Of a DNA stretch of 64,000 nucleotides, positions 27,124 to 36,914 are shown piece after piece (positions within the stretch are counted from its first letter, which is position 1; each line of letters begins with the position of its first letter). Origin of the DNA: Candidatus Omnitrophota bacterium (GTDB lineage Bacteria > Omnitrophota > Gorgyraeia > Zapsychrales > Fredricksoniimonadaceae). A program made the position numbers and the translations under genes. Below the pieces are notes generated by a model that worked only from the letters and a program-made list of their open reading frames with translations, was not told the DNA's origin and made no database searches. The stretch spans positions 12,563-76,562 of the forward strand of contig JADFXH010000001.1 in the NCBI GenBank assembly GCA_015233675.1, in the 5' to 3' direction.

Positions 27124-30100
27124 TTAAACTCCGGCCAAAGTCCCGCCCTTCACAGGCGTCTGGAGCCCCATTAAAGGCCAAACGCTCGTTATAGGTGTTA
27201 TTCTAAAAATCACCGGCGAAAGGCTTTCAATGCCTTCACGCCTAATTCGCGCAACCATGACAGGATCGATATCCATTTCAACACCCTTGCCATCTTTACT
27301 GACCTTCCATTGCATGCCGCCGGAAGTATTTAAATCAATACCTCCTCTAAGATCAGGATTAACAACACGGCCCCTCGAAGCCCTATCAACAGCCATCGCA
27401 GCGTCATTTTTGATTGCACTCTTTGAAAAAAGAGCAAGCAACGCATTCGCCGACCTCTGACAGGGCGATGGGAAAGGAGCCTCAATGCTGGTTTCTTCAA
27501 TATAGCCCCATGCTTGAAGATAATCTGCCCAAGTCTCTATCTTGCTTATTGTCTCCTTATTATCTCTCTTAACCTCGCGTAATATTTCTGGATCGGCTCC
27601 TTTAAGTTTTTTGAGTAATGCAACAAAAGAATCATCAGCTTTCCTTGCCGTGCCTATATCAGGTATTGTGCCCACTGAGAAGTCCCGCATCTGCGCTGTA
27701 TTCGGAATTCCCTTCATTAACTTATTAACCTCTTGAACAATAAGCCCCGTCATGGCAGCGTCAGAAAAAGTAAAATGGAGCGTTTCACCCTCAATGAAGA
27801 CTTTGACTTTTCCGGTCTGCAAGGCTGCAACCTTTTGATGATATCCCTTTTGCAGTTCACTTACATAAACTTCAGGATTCCTAAGAAAAGGATCTATCAC
27901 AAGGCCGAAATTCCCTTCAGACTCAAAAGGAGTTGCGGCATCTTCACGGAAAGCGCTTAATTCATTATCGGGATTGACCCAAAACAAAATGCGTTTGGCG
28001 AGGCTGATTTGATCAATGTTATGCATATCCTCTCTATCAGGCAACTTCACCCATTGCGCTAATCTTTGCAACAATTTCATTTGTTGAACTACAACGGTGG
28101 TATTCAACCCTTCTTTGCCCTTTGCCTCAAGCAAGAATACCCGGTATCCGCGATGAGTATACGTTGCTCCATTTGTATTTATTTTTTTTTGATACTCCGG
28201 GTCATTCGTTACTTCGCGAACGTTTTGGTCATCTATTTCAAAAGAAAAATCCTTCGCCGTCATCGCCGGATTGGGTTTCGCATATGCAGGGATCATTCTT
28301 TCAAATTCCGCAAGGTCCAGCCTGACCACCTTAGTACTTTGGTCGAAGCCTACCCCTAAGACACTCCCATTGAGAGATACAGAATTAACACCTACCAGTC
28401 TGCCAGAGTTATAAATATTTGGACCAGGAACACCTTCCGTAATCAGCCTTGTATGGTCCTCATTGCGATCAAGCATAACATTCCATAAACGACTCCACCT
28501 GTGCAGGGGGTTCTTTGGATAAGCGAAAAAGAACTCGAGCTGGCGCAGCCCTCCTTCCCCTATATCATCGGCAACAAACAACTGTCCCTTAACATAGACC
28601 CTCGCATTGCCTCCCATAACCGGAAGAGAAACGCCAACATTTCTGCCTTTTGCGTTAAATAGTTGAAAATAATTTATACCATTTTTCACTCTAATACCTA
28701 TCTTCATGTTGGGGGCAATAGGGACATCCGGGTCGCCAGGTTTAACCGTAAGCGTAGCCGCGTCTGTCATATTTGACCGATCATCTCCTAAAGCAGCATC
28801 TGATTGACTATATTCTAAAAGCTTTAAAGCGATTTCCTGTGGGGGCAAATCCTGATTTTTATTCACTAGTTCAAGAAGATCATAATAGGAAGCTCCTATA
28901 TTAATCCCTGCGGCCTGTAAATTTTCAATAAAAGCCTGATACACTTTCTGGTAACCGTCTTCAAACTGATCAAAAATATTATGCCCATTACTTTTGAGTT
29001 TATTAATCTCAACCCCCCGTTGCTCCGCCAAGGCCACCATGTCCCAAAATTCAGAATACCATGCAGACGGGCCTTTAAGTAGCGTATTGAACACCCTATC
29101 AAAATCAAATTTATCATCCGGCAGCTTTCTTTTTCCTTTGATCTCTGGAGTCATTTCATTGTGAAGTTTTTGTTTTAACTCTTGCATACCATCAAGATAG
29201 CGGTTTATAATTTTCTTCAACCCCTCTGCCGTCATTGCCGCATTGCCGATGGCTCGACCGAGAGCCGTACCCGGCAAAAGCTTGGCCCGCGCAAAAGTTG
29301 CTTGTATTTTTTGCTCATCAGTGGCGTTTGAATCACGGGCACTGACCTTTAATGTGATCTCCATTAACGGATCTATGGCAGAACCCCTCGGTCTCCATCC
29401 AGAATCTATAAATCTGAAGATCTCATCCAGGCGTGGTTGAAAAATAAACCAGCAGTGGTCTACAACAAGACGCGTAAAATTCTTTTCATGGATTTTGTTC
29501 AAACTCTCTTCTGTCTCCGCCATCTTGATCATTAAATAATTTAAAATTGTCAAATGCACAAATTGCCTCGCGGCAGTTTCTGTCCGATGAAATTGTTTGG
29601 CAATCGCGGGGCTGACATTTATAATGACCTCCCGGATATTCTGCTCAATAACGCTTTGTTCTTGGCCTGTCAATTGACGATTATTCTCAATATCCGTCAT
29701 CCTGAATAAAACACCCATTGACTCCTCAAGAGGCTTAAATATTCTCGGAAACGCCGTCTCAAAATCTACGGAAGATGCCATCGCCTCATCAAAACCAGCA
29801 GCCGGTGAAGGCATTGCCGCGTTAGCGTTATTTGTAACTACACCTGCATTAATGATCACCATGGCCCTATTGGGCAAAGAATCGGACAATGCGGCTACAT
29901 CCGTTGTCATCGCAGGATTAGCCGCAGGAGTGCCTTCGATTAATAACCCGCCAGAGAAATATTTGTGAGGAATCGTTGCGCCCGCCGCGTCCACGTCTTC
30001 CTTAATATAGTTGAACACGCCCTTTTTATAGGCTTTCAGGTATTGTTCATAAATTTGCCGTTTTACTGTCGGATCATTTAAATCAATACCTTTGACCTTG

Positions 30101-31044
30101 GCTTTATTGGCATACACTTGATTGAGCAAGGCTTCTTTAAGGTTTTTCTTGTACCAGCTGGAAAGTATAATTGAGTTGAAAATCTGGCGCAGATTGGCGA
30201 AGTTTTTGCCGGTATTGACTTCTTTTTCGAGTTCGGGAAGGATGATTTCTTTGACGATTTGACTGGCTAAGGAGTTGCTTGGCAAGCGGCTTGTTCCCTG
30301 GGGTGCTTTCAGTTCCAGAGCTTCATTGGTTGGCAGCCTGCTTGGGGACACGGCCCCTTCGGGGACATGTCCCCTGGTTGGCGTCCCTATTTGGCTTTGG
30401 TGCTTTTGCAAGGCCAGATAATCTTCTTCCAGCATTACCTTTAAATGTTGGTCTACCACAAAGGCGGTTTGGTTGTGTTCAAAGACTTCTGCCCTGTCGG
30501 CCATGATCCATACCTTATTAAAGGTGTTGACCGGGACTTGGGTTGTTCCATATGTCTGCCGGGCCTTGGCATAGACTTTATCCCAGAAGGTCTTGCCTAA
30601 CTGTTTCTCCGGATAAATAAGAGAAGCTGTGATTTGTTTTAAAATATAGTCCTGTTCCAAAAGGTCACGCCCCATGTCGGTCTGACCCAATGCTTCAGGG
30701 ATAATTTTGTTATTTTCATAAGGAGATAGGTTGACCCAAACATCTTTGTCAGGGATAGCTAAACTGGCTAAAAAATACTTGATAAGCTTTTCGCCTTCTT
30801 TTTTCAGAGGCTCACCGGACATCTTGTCTTGGCCCACATCCACTATAAAATCAAACAAGAAAGGATTATCTTTGTGAACAGTCAGGCCTTTTATGATCAC
30901 AGGCTCATAGGCAGGACTTAAATTGACCATGGTTCCGGGGGCAGGCAGGCCTAAAACAGAATCGGCATGGGCTTTGGGCAGAGGGCCTAAGGCGGTCAAA
31001 AGAAAACAAAAAATAATTATCAAGTTCAAAATTCTTTTGAACAT
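27124..31044 (-). CDS. Large secreted protein: signal peptide + ~390-aa N-module (paralog of 8544..11540) + ~850 aa of unknown modules + GGIDL C-terminal module
   Basis: 1306 aa. Long identical runs shared with 8544..11540 (LIKYFLASL, GQTDMGRDLL, LKQITASLIYPE, PVNTFNKVWI, PELEKEVN.GKNFA.LRQ, KYFSGG). No TM helix after the signal peptide. Confidence 0.8.
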   Translation of the reverse strand: MFKRILNLIIIFCFLLTALGPLPKAHADSVLGLPAPGTMVNLSPAYEPVIIKGLTVHKDNPFLFDFIVDVGQDKMSGEPLKKEGEKLIKYFLASLAIPDKDVWVNLSPYENNKIIPEALGQTDMGRDLLEQDYILKQITASLIYPEKQLGKTFWDKVYAKARQTYGTTQVPVNTFNKVWIMADRAEVFEHNQTAFVVDQHLKVMLEEDYLALQKHQSQIGTPTRGHVPEGAVSPSRLPTNEALELKAPQGTSRLPSNSLASQIVKEIILPELEKEVNTGKNFANLRQIFNSIILSSWYKKNLKEALLNQVYANKAKVKGIDLNDPTVKRQIYEQYLKAYKKGVFNYIKEDVDAAGATIPHKYFSGGLLIEGTPAANPAMTTDVAALSDSLPNRAMVIINAGVVTNNANAAMPSPAAGFDEAMASSVDFETAFPRIFKPLEESMGVLFRMTDIENNRQLTGQEQSVIEQNIREVIINVSPAIAKQFHRTETAARQFVHLTILNYLMIKMAETEESLNKIHEKNFTRLVVDHCWFIFQPRLDEIFRFIDSGWRPRGSAIDPLMEITLKVSARDSNATDEQKIQATFARAKLLPGTALGRAIGNAAMTAEGLKKIINRYLDGMQELKQKLHNEMTPEIKGKRKLPDDKFDFDRVFNTLLKGPSAWYSEFWDMVALAEQRGVEINKLKSNGHNIFDQFEDGYQKVYQAFIENLQAAGINIGASYYDLLELVNKNQDLPPQEIALKLLEYSQSDAALGDDRSNMTDAATLTVKPGDPDVPIAPNMKIGIRVKNGINYFQLFNAKGRNVGVSLPVMGGNARVYVKGQLFVADDIGEGGLRQLEFFFAYPKNPLHRWSRLWNVMLDRNEDHTRLITEGVPGPNIYNSGRLVGVNSVSLNGSVLGVGFDQSTKVVRLDLAEFERMIPAYAKPNPAMTAKDFSFEIDDQNVREVTNDPEYQKKINTNGATYTHRGYRVFLLEAKGKEGLNTTVVVQQMKLLQRLAQWVKLPDREDMHNIDQISLAKRILFWVNPDNELSAFREDAATPFESEGNFGLVIDPFLRNPEVYVSELQKGYHQKVAALQTGKVKVFIEGETLHFTFSDAAMTGLIVQEVNKLMKGIPNTAQMRDFSVGTIPDIGTARKADDSFVALLKKLKGADPEILREVKRDNKETISKIETWADYLQAWGYIEETSIEAPFPSPCQRSANALLALFSKSAIKNDAAMAVDRASRGRVVNPDLRGGIDLNTSGGMQWKVSKDGKGVEMDIDPVMVARIRREGIESLSPVIFRITPITSVWPLMGLQTPVKGGTLAGV

Positions 31045-31243
31045 GGTTAATCTCCGTGGTTTTTCGGGAAAGCGTTTACTGATGAAAGGATAACATATAT
31101 TCGTAGGTTGTCAAATCAGGTAATATAAATTATTATATATAACATATTGAAACGTATGCGGTTATAATGCAGAAAAAAATATTCTCATTTTTTCTAATTA
31201 ATTCCTCAAAGAGTTAATGTTTACAGATTGCGCCACATAAAGA

Positions 31244-31284
31244 GTCATTTTGTAAAAGCGGATTCCCGCTTGCGCGGGAATGAC
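31244..31284. repeat. REP-like hairpin (ggattcccgc-ttgc-gcgggaatgac)
   Basis: 8-bp GC stem; fits the pattern ATTCCC-N8-GGGAAT. Confidence 0.7.
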
Positions 31285-31299
31285 AAAATCTATTATGCC

Positions 31300-31319
31300 A
31301 TCCCCGCGAAAGCGGGGAT
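31300..31319. repeat. REP-like hairpin (atccccgc-gaaa-gcggggat)
   Basis: Perfect 8-bp stem with a GAAA loop. Confidence 0.7.
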
Positions 31320-31347
31320 CCAACCTGTTAGCGCGTAGAAAAAAGGT

Positions 31348-31420
31348 GTCATTTTGAGGAGTGAAAGCGACGAAGAGTCTAAAAGCGTCTTAAGATCCAT
31401 CGGCTACGCCTCAGGATGAC
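31348..31420. repeat. Head-to-head pair of GTCATYYTGAGG... REP-like units
   Basis: gtcattttgagg...cctcaggatgac. The right unit matches 13081-13106. Confidence 0.6.
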
Positions 31421-31455
31421 ATCGACGAGTCTCTCTGAACAGTTATCTCAAAAAT

Positions 31456-34400
31456 CTAGGAACACGCATACTTTATAAGTACTGACTTTAATTTATTGAC
31501 ATCAACAGGCTTAGGAAGAAAGTCGTTCATTCCAGCTTCATAACTGCGTTCGATGTCTTCTTTCATCACGGCGGCAGTTAAAGCAACAATAGGTAATGTT
31601 TTGCTGATCTGGGCCCGAATAATTTTAGCCGCTTGGGCACCATCTAATACCGGCATCTGCAAGTCCATCAAACATACGTTATAATGATTTGACCTGATCA
31701 GATCAACGGCCTCTTGACCATCTTTGGCAAAGTCGCCGGCGCATCCCCACATGTCTAAAAAAACCTTCATTAATTGCCGGTTAGAAGACGTGTCATCAAC
31801 CACCAAGACCCGAAGACCTTTAAGACTGACCTCATCAGCCACATGACGCGTAATAATCGTAGACGGATCGCTGCGTTTATCTCCCAAAACAGTACAAATA
31901 GTTTTGACTAAATCATCCCGAGAGACAGGCTTAGCCAAAAAGGCGTTGAACCCATTCTCCTTAGCTAATGCACAAGAACCAATACGAGCATCGGAAGTAA
32001 TTGCCACAAGCTTGATGCTATCGAATTTTGGATTGCCGCGAATTTTCTTCGCCAAAACATACCCGTCCATCACGGGCATCATAATGTCACTTAATATTAA
32101 ATCAGGCAATTTCCCTAAAGAGGCCCTTTCGTCTAATTTGTGCAAAGCTTCCTGAGCACCGGATGCTGTAATAATATCCAGTCCGATCTCCTGACAATAC
32201 CGCGACAAAATCTCCAAAGAAGAATGAAAGTCATCAATACACAAAACTATCTTGCCGATTAAATTGTCCTTAGACAAAGGCTCAATAGATTGTTGAATCA
32301 AGGAAGATCCTTTGTCAAATTGGACAGAGAAAAAAAATTGGCTCCCTTTCCCCTCCTGTGATTCAAACCAAATCTTGCCTCCCATCGCGTTGACTAAACT
32401 TTTGGAAATAGCAAGCCCTAATCCCGTTCCGCCGTATTTACGCGTGATGGAAGAATCAACTTGAGTAAAAGAGTTAAATAATTCTTCCTTTTTATCCTGC
32501 GGTATACCTATTCCCGTATCTTTAACACAAAATCTAACCGCTACTCCTTCTGTCGAGGCCTTTTCTAAACTAACCGTAAGGCCAATTTCTCCTTCCAAAG
32601 TAAACTTGGCCGCATTATTCAGGAGATTTAATAAAATTTGGCGCAGCCGCGTCGGATCCCCCCTGACCCATGAAGGCAGAGAAGAGTCCCAATCAACGTA
32701 GGAGTTAATTTTATAATCCTTAAATTTTACCTTAGCTATCTTAAAAATATCATATACTAAATTCCCTAAATCAAAATCCATCTTCTCCAGCTGAACTTTC
32801 CCTGCTTCCAATTTCGAAAAGTCTAATATATCATTAATGACAGCAAGCAATATCTTCCCGCTGGATATGACCGTATTTAGATATTCTTTTTGCTTTTCCT
32901 CCAAATCAGTCGATCCCAGCAAATCGCTAAATCCCAAAATCGCATTTAAAGGTGTGCGTATTTCATGAGACATATTGGCCAAAAATTCACTTTTGGCCTT
33001 ATTGGCCGCATTAGCTGCATTTTTTGACAAAATCAGCTCCTGCTCCGCATGTTTACGGGTAGTAATGTCAACGATGGAAAGCAGAACATGCTTTTTGTTG
33101 TCAATATACACTGGTGTCGCGTTAATATTTAACCATACAGATATCTTTTTTTGACCTATCAAAAGCTCTTTTTCAGTCTCAATGCCCTCAGTCTTTTGGT
33201 CTGTGCCAAGGGCACACTCAAAAAGATCACGAATAGAACAGTCCCTACAAAAGGGAGTTTCTCCACAACGCTGTTTTGTTGTCAGGGGGTGTATACAGCA
33301 AATCGCCTCTCCGTGCCTTTCAACCAGAAGGTCCTGCGGATTACGGCCAACCATAGAAGCTAAAACATTATTTACACGTTCAACAACGCCCTTAGAATCA
33401 ATAAGCATAAGGCCAACTTGAGATGAATCAAATATAGACTGAAGATTGCTCCGTTCTTTATCTAATGCTATTAAATTCTGATTTAACATGTTTTCATATT
33501 TTTTTCGTTCGCTAATATCACGCACAAATACCACGCCACGCAAACAATTGTTGATCTTTAATGTTGTGATGTTAACCTCAACAGGAAAAACCGTCCCATC
33601 CTTACGTCGATGCGCAGCCTCAAGCATTACCGGCGGTTTGCCCACCCGTGATTGAAAACGGGCGGGATATTGTTCCTTAACCGCTTCCGGATAAAAATCC
33701 CATACTCCCATGTGAAGTAGTTCTTCTTTAGAATACCCCAATTGCCTGCAGGCGGCATTGTTGACATCCAAAATGTAACCTCGCTCATCAATGAGTTGAA
33801 ACGCTTCCCCTGCCTGATCGACTACGGTACGAAACCTGAGTTCACTTTCGCGCAACTGCTCTTGTGAATGCTTGCGCCAAGTTATGTCATTAAAAAAACC
33901 TACAAGCCAAACCTTACCTTCTAAGGCCATGACAGTGGTACTAATGTCAGCATAAAATGTCTTTCCATCCTTAGAAAGACATGGCATGTCCACCGTCAAG
34001 ATCTTCTCCCCGTGTGCTTGAGCCTCAAGCTCTGCCATAGCCTGATCCCCCAACTCTTTGGGATGAAGCTCCTTAACAGCAAGCATCAAAAATTCTTCGT
34101 GTGAATACCCGAACATCCTGCAGATAGCCGGATTGGCATAAGAAAACTTCTTTGTTTGGGCATCCACAACAATAATGCCTTGCGTAGAACCTTCAAACAG
34201 CGTCCTATACCAAAGTTCTGCTTTCCTAAGTTTATCTGTGACCTTGGTGTGTTCGGCAAGATTTCTACCCGTCCCGGAAAATCCTATAGTATTACCGGAA
34301 CTGTCCTTAAGCGCTGTTCCGGATAACTCGTATGGGATTTGAGTCCCGTCCTTCAAAAGAAAATTAAGGGTGTCTTTCGTAAAACCGTCTCTCCAAATTT

Positions 34401-35415
34401 TTTCTATAGACGTGGATATACGCTGAGAGTCTTCTCTTGCAAAAAAATCTGTCGGCTTCATCACACTAAGTTGCGCATCACTATAGCCGGTAATTTTCTT
34501 TAAAGTTTCATTCCAAACTAAAAATTTACCGTTCTTATCAAACGCATAGAAGATATCGTCAATAGCATTTAACGTGCTTTCTATAAGGATATTTTTTTGC
34601 TTTAATTCCTCCCCGGTCCGCTTGCGCTCGGTAGTATCCCAAATAATACCATTAATCATTTGCGGGGCACCGTTATCATCGCGGACCAACTCACCCCTGG
34701 TAGCAATATAATGAACACTCCCATCGGGCCAGACAGCGCGATAATCGATCTCGTATGCTTTGCCGCTATTGATCGTATTGGCCAAGCTTGTTGTAATTTT
34801 TTCACGGTCTTGCGGATGGATCCTCTCTAAAAATTCTTCTTTTGTCCCTTTAAAAGTTGCCGGATCTATTCCAAGAAGAAAACAAACTTGATAGTCAAAG
34901 ATACGTTTTCCTTCAACTAAATTCAACTGCCAAACGCCCATCCCTGCTGACTTCAACGCGAGATTAAGCTCTGCTATATTAAAGCGTAAAGAATGTTCCG
35001 CCGCTTTGCGCTCAGTCAGTTCATTCTGCAATTGCTTTTCGGTCTGGCGCAATGCCAGATGAACTGCCACCCGCGCCAAAAGCTCCTCTTTCTGGTAGGG
35101 CTTTGATATATAATCCACTGCTCCCAACTGGAAGCCCCTCTTCCACTCTTCTTTTAAGACGGTTATCATAATAACGGGGATATTGCGTGTTCTCTCATCC
35201 GCCTTAAGCCGCCGGCATACTTCAAATCCGTCTATACCCTCCATGCGGATATCCAAAAAAATCAAATCCGGAAGCTTGGAAGCAACCGCCACCAAGCACG
35301 ACTCCCCGCTATCAACCGGATGAGCCTCATAGCCCTCGATGATCAAAATATCCACAAGGAGCGCTAAGTCTACTGGCGTATCATCAACGATAAGGATGCT
35401 TCCCTTGCTGCCCAT
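31456..35415 (-). CDS. Hybrid sensor histidine kinase (REC - multiple PAS - HisKA - HATPase - REC - REC)
   Basis: 1319 aa. N-terminal receiver (ILIVDDTP...FLDIRMEGIDG), PAS repeats, H-box SHEIRTPLNAI, G-box GGTGLGL, and two C-terminal receivers. Confidence 0.88.
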   Translation of the reverse strand: MGSKGSILIVDDTPVDLALLVDILIIEGYEAHPVDSGESCLVAVASKLPDLIFLDIRMEGIDGFEVCRRLKADERTRNIPVIMITVLKEEWKRGFQLGAVDYISKPYQKEELLARVAVHLALRQTEKQLQNELTERKAAEHSLRFNIAELNLALKSAGMGVWQLNLVEGKRIFDYQVCFLLGIDPATFKGTKEEFLERIHPQDREKITTSLANTINSGKAYEIDYRAVWPDGSVHYIATRGELVRDDNGAPQMINGIIWDTTERKRTGEELKQKNILIESTLNAIDDIFYAFDKNGKFLVWNETLKKITGYSDAQLSVMKPTDFFAREDSQRISTSIEKIWRDGFTKDTLNFLLKDGTQIPYELSGTALKDSSGNTIGFSGTGRNLAEHTKVTDKLRKAELWYRTLFEGSTQGIIVVDAQTKKFSYANPAICRMFGYSHEEFLMLAVKELHPKELGDQAMAELEAQAHGEKILTVDMPCLSKDGKTFYADISTTVMALEGKVWLVGFFNDITWRKHSQEQLRESELRFRTVVDQAGEAFQLIDERGYILDVNNAACRQLGYSKEELLHMGVWDFYPEAVKEQYPARFQSRVGKPPVMLEAAHRRKDGTVFPVEVNITTLKINNCLRGVVFVRDISERKKYENMLNQNLIALDKERSNLQSIFDSSQVGLMLIDSKGVVERVNNVLASMVGRNPQDLLVERHGEAICCIHPLTTKQRCGETPFCRDCSIRDLFECALGTDQKTEGIETEKELLIGQKKISVWLNINATPVYIDNKKHVLLSIVDITTRKHAEQELILSKNAANAANKAKSEFLANMSHEIRTPLNAILGFSDLLGSTDLEEKQKEYLNTVISSGKILLAVINDILDFSKLEAGKVQLEKMDFDLGNLVYDIFKIAKVKFKDYKINSYVDWDSSLPSWVRGDPTRLRQILLNLLNNAAKFTLEGEIGLTVSLEKASTEGVAVRFCVKDTGIGIPQDKKEELFNSFTQVDSSITRKYGGTGLGLAISKSLVNAMGGKIWFESQEGKGSQFFFSVQFDKGSSLIQQSIEPLSKDNLIGKIVLCIDDFHSSLEILSRYCQEIGLDIITASGAQEALHKLDERASLGKLPDLILSDIMMPVMDGYVLAKKIRGNPKFDSIKLVAITSDARIGSCALAKENGFNAFLAKPVSRDDLVKTICTVLGDKRSDPSTIITRHVADEVSLKGLRVLVVDDTSSNRQLMKVFLDMWGCAGDFAKDGQEAVDLIRSNHYNVCLMDLQMPVLDGAQAAKIIRAQISKTLPIVALTAAVMKEDIERSYEAGMNDFLPKPVDVNKLKSVLIKYACS

Positions 35416-35471
35416 ATTTTATCTTCCTTCAATTTTCCATTCATATAAATTCTTTTAGTAGAAACTAACAT

Positions 35472-35500
35472 ATTCTGGTAGGCATTCATTGGTCTGTCAA
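35472..35500 (-). promoter_or_regulatory. Candidate promoter of the hybrid kinase gene
   Basis: Minus strand reads TTGACA-17 nt-CAGAAT, about 55 nt upstream of the ATG at 35415. Confidence 0.4.
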
Positions 35501-35542
35501 CTACTTTAGTGCCCATTGAATGAACTGCAACTGACGCAAATT

Positions 35543-36100
35543 TTAATTCCTTTTTTTCTTCTTCTCCCACTTTTGAATAATGGTAGCGATTTTTTCCTGT
35601 ACCTTATTTTTGATCTCAACATCGCTGAGGATAGAATCCAGCAACTTTTCGTGTTGTTCAGCCATACGCAAGACATCAAGCTCTAATTCCTCATTGTTCT
35701 TTTCCAAACGGTAACGCTCAATCGCTTGCTTTAACGGAAAAAGCACCTTGTCTTTATTTTCAATGGGTTTCAGGATATAGTCAAAGGCCCCCTCTTTTAA
35801 CGCTTCCTGACAGGTTTCCATTGTGCCCCATCCAGTCAGGAAAATCACAGGAATATTCCTTTCCTTACTATTAAGATATCTAAGAGTATCTATCCCCATT
35901 TTACCAGGCATTTTAAGATCACTGACAATGGCTTCAATATCCTGTTGTTCCTCAAGGATCTTAATGGCATGGTCAACACATCGCACTGCATACACCTGAA
36001 AATCAAAAAGCTCCAGAAGTTCTTTGAGCGACTCACGGACGGCTTCTTCGTCCTCTACCAGCAGGACACACCCTTGTTTTATATTTTCCATATCTCTCAT
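35543..36100 (-). CDS. Response regulator, receiver domain + C-terminal coiled coil (no DNA-binding domain seen)
   Basis: 185 aa with VLLVEDEE...VSDLKMPG...KP. Confidence 0.8.
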   Translation of the reverse strand: MRDMENIKQGCVLLVEDEEAVRESLKELLELFDFQVYAVRCVDHAIKILEEQQDIEAIVSDLKMPGKMGIDTLRYLNSKERNIPVIFLTGWGTMETCQEALKEGAFDYILKPIENKDKVLFPLKQAIERYRLEKNNEELELDVLRMAEQHEKLLDSILSDVEIKNKVQEKIATIIQKWEKKKKRN

Positions 36101-36260
36101 CCCTTCCAGATCCCAGAATAAACAGCTCGACCGACATTAGTGACTTAAAGTATTATATTTAACAACAGATATTAAAGAGAGTCCATACCCTAAAACGGGT
36201 AGATATGTAATTCTCCAAAAAGGATGTAGTAATTGATCGATGAATAGAAAGATTGGGGGA

Positions 36261-36914
36261 TTAAAAGCGGATAATACCTTCTTTAAACGCAAAACGGACA
36301 AGATCGGTTTCTTTATGGATATCAAGCTTGTGCATGATGTTTTTGCGATGAACCATAACGGTAGCTAGTACGATCTTTAGTTCTTTAGCGATATCCTTAC
36401 TGGAAAAGCCTTCGGCAACAAGCTGAAGAATTTCTCTTTCTTTCCCAGTTAACCGCAAAAATCGCTCTCTTTTTTTATATTGCTGCCGGCTTCCAAAAAA
36501 ATCTTTAACAATATAACGGGAAATCTTAGGACTCAAGAAAATCCTCCCGTTAGCAACTTCCCGTATCGCGCGAACCACCTCTTCAGAGGCTGTTTCTTTG
36601 ATTAAATAACCTTTAGCCCCGCTTTGTAAGGCCCTTTCAACCGACATCTGGTCGTCATACATACTCAAAATAATGATTTTATTCTTCGGATTCAATTGTA
36701 TCAGGCGGACTGTCAATTCAAGCCCGTTCAAAAACGGCATGGAAATGTCCAAAAGAAAAATATCAGCCGGCATTTTTTTTGCAATATTCAAGACTTCTTT
36801 CCCATTAGACGCTTCCGCAATGACGTCGATCCCCAAGGTCGTTTTCTTCAAAACAGCCTTGATTCCCTCCCGCACAAGAGCATGGTCATCAGCTATAATA
36901 ACTGTTATGCTCAT
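36261..36914 (-). CDS. NarL/FixJ-type response regulator (REC + LuxR HTH)
   Basis: 217 aa with VIIADDH...LLDISMP and a C-terminal LTGKEREILQLVAEGFSSKDIA. Confidence 0.88.
   Translation of the reverse strand: MSITVIIADDHALVREGIKAVLKKTTLGIDVIAEASNGKEVLNIAKKMPADIFLLDISMPFLNGLELTVRLIQLNPKNKIIILSMYDDQMSVERALQSGAKGYLIKETASEEVVRAIREVANGRIFLSPKISRYIVKDFFGSRQQYKKRERFLRLTGKEREILQLVAEGFSSKDIAKELKIVLATVMVHRKNIMHKLDIHKETDLVRFAFKEGIIRF

Noticed and set aside
35370-35570. 66-aa ORF between the response regulator and the hybrid kinase.
   Set aside because: It overlaps the kinase start and the candidate promoter, has no SD and no recognisable features. It is probably non-coding.
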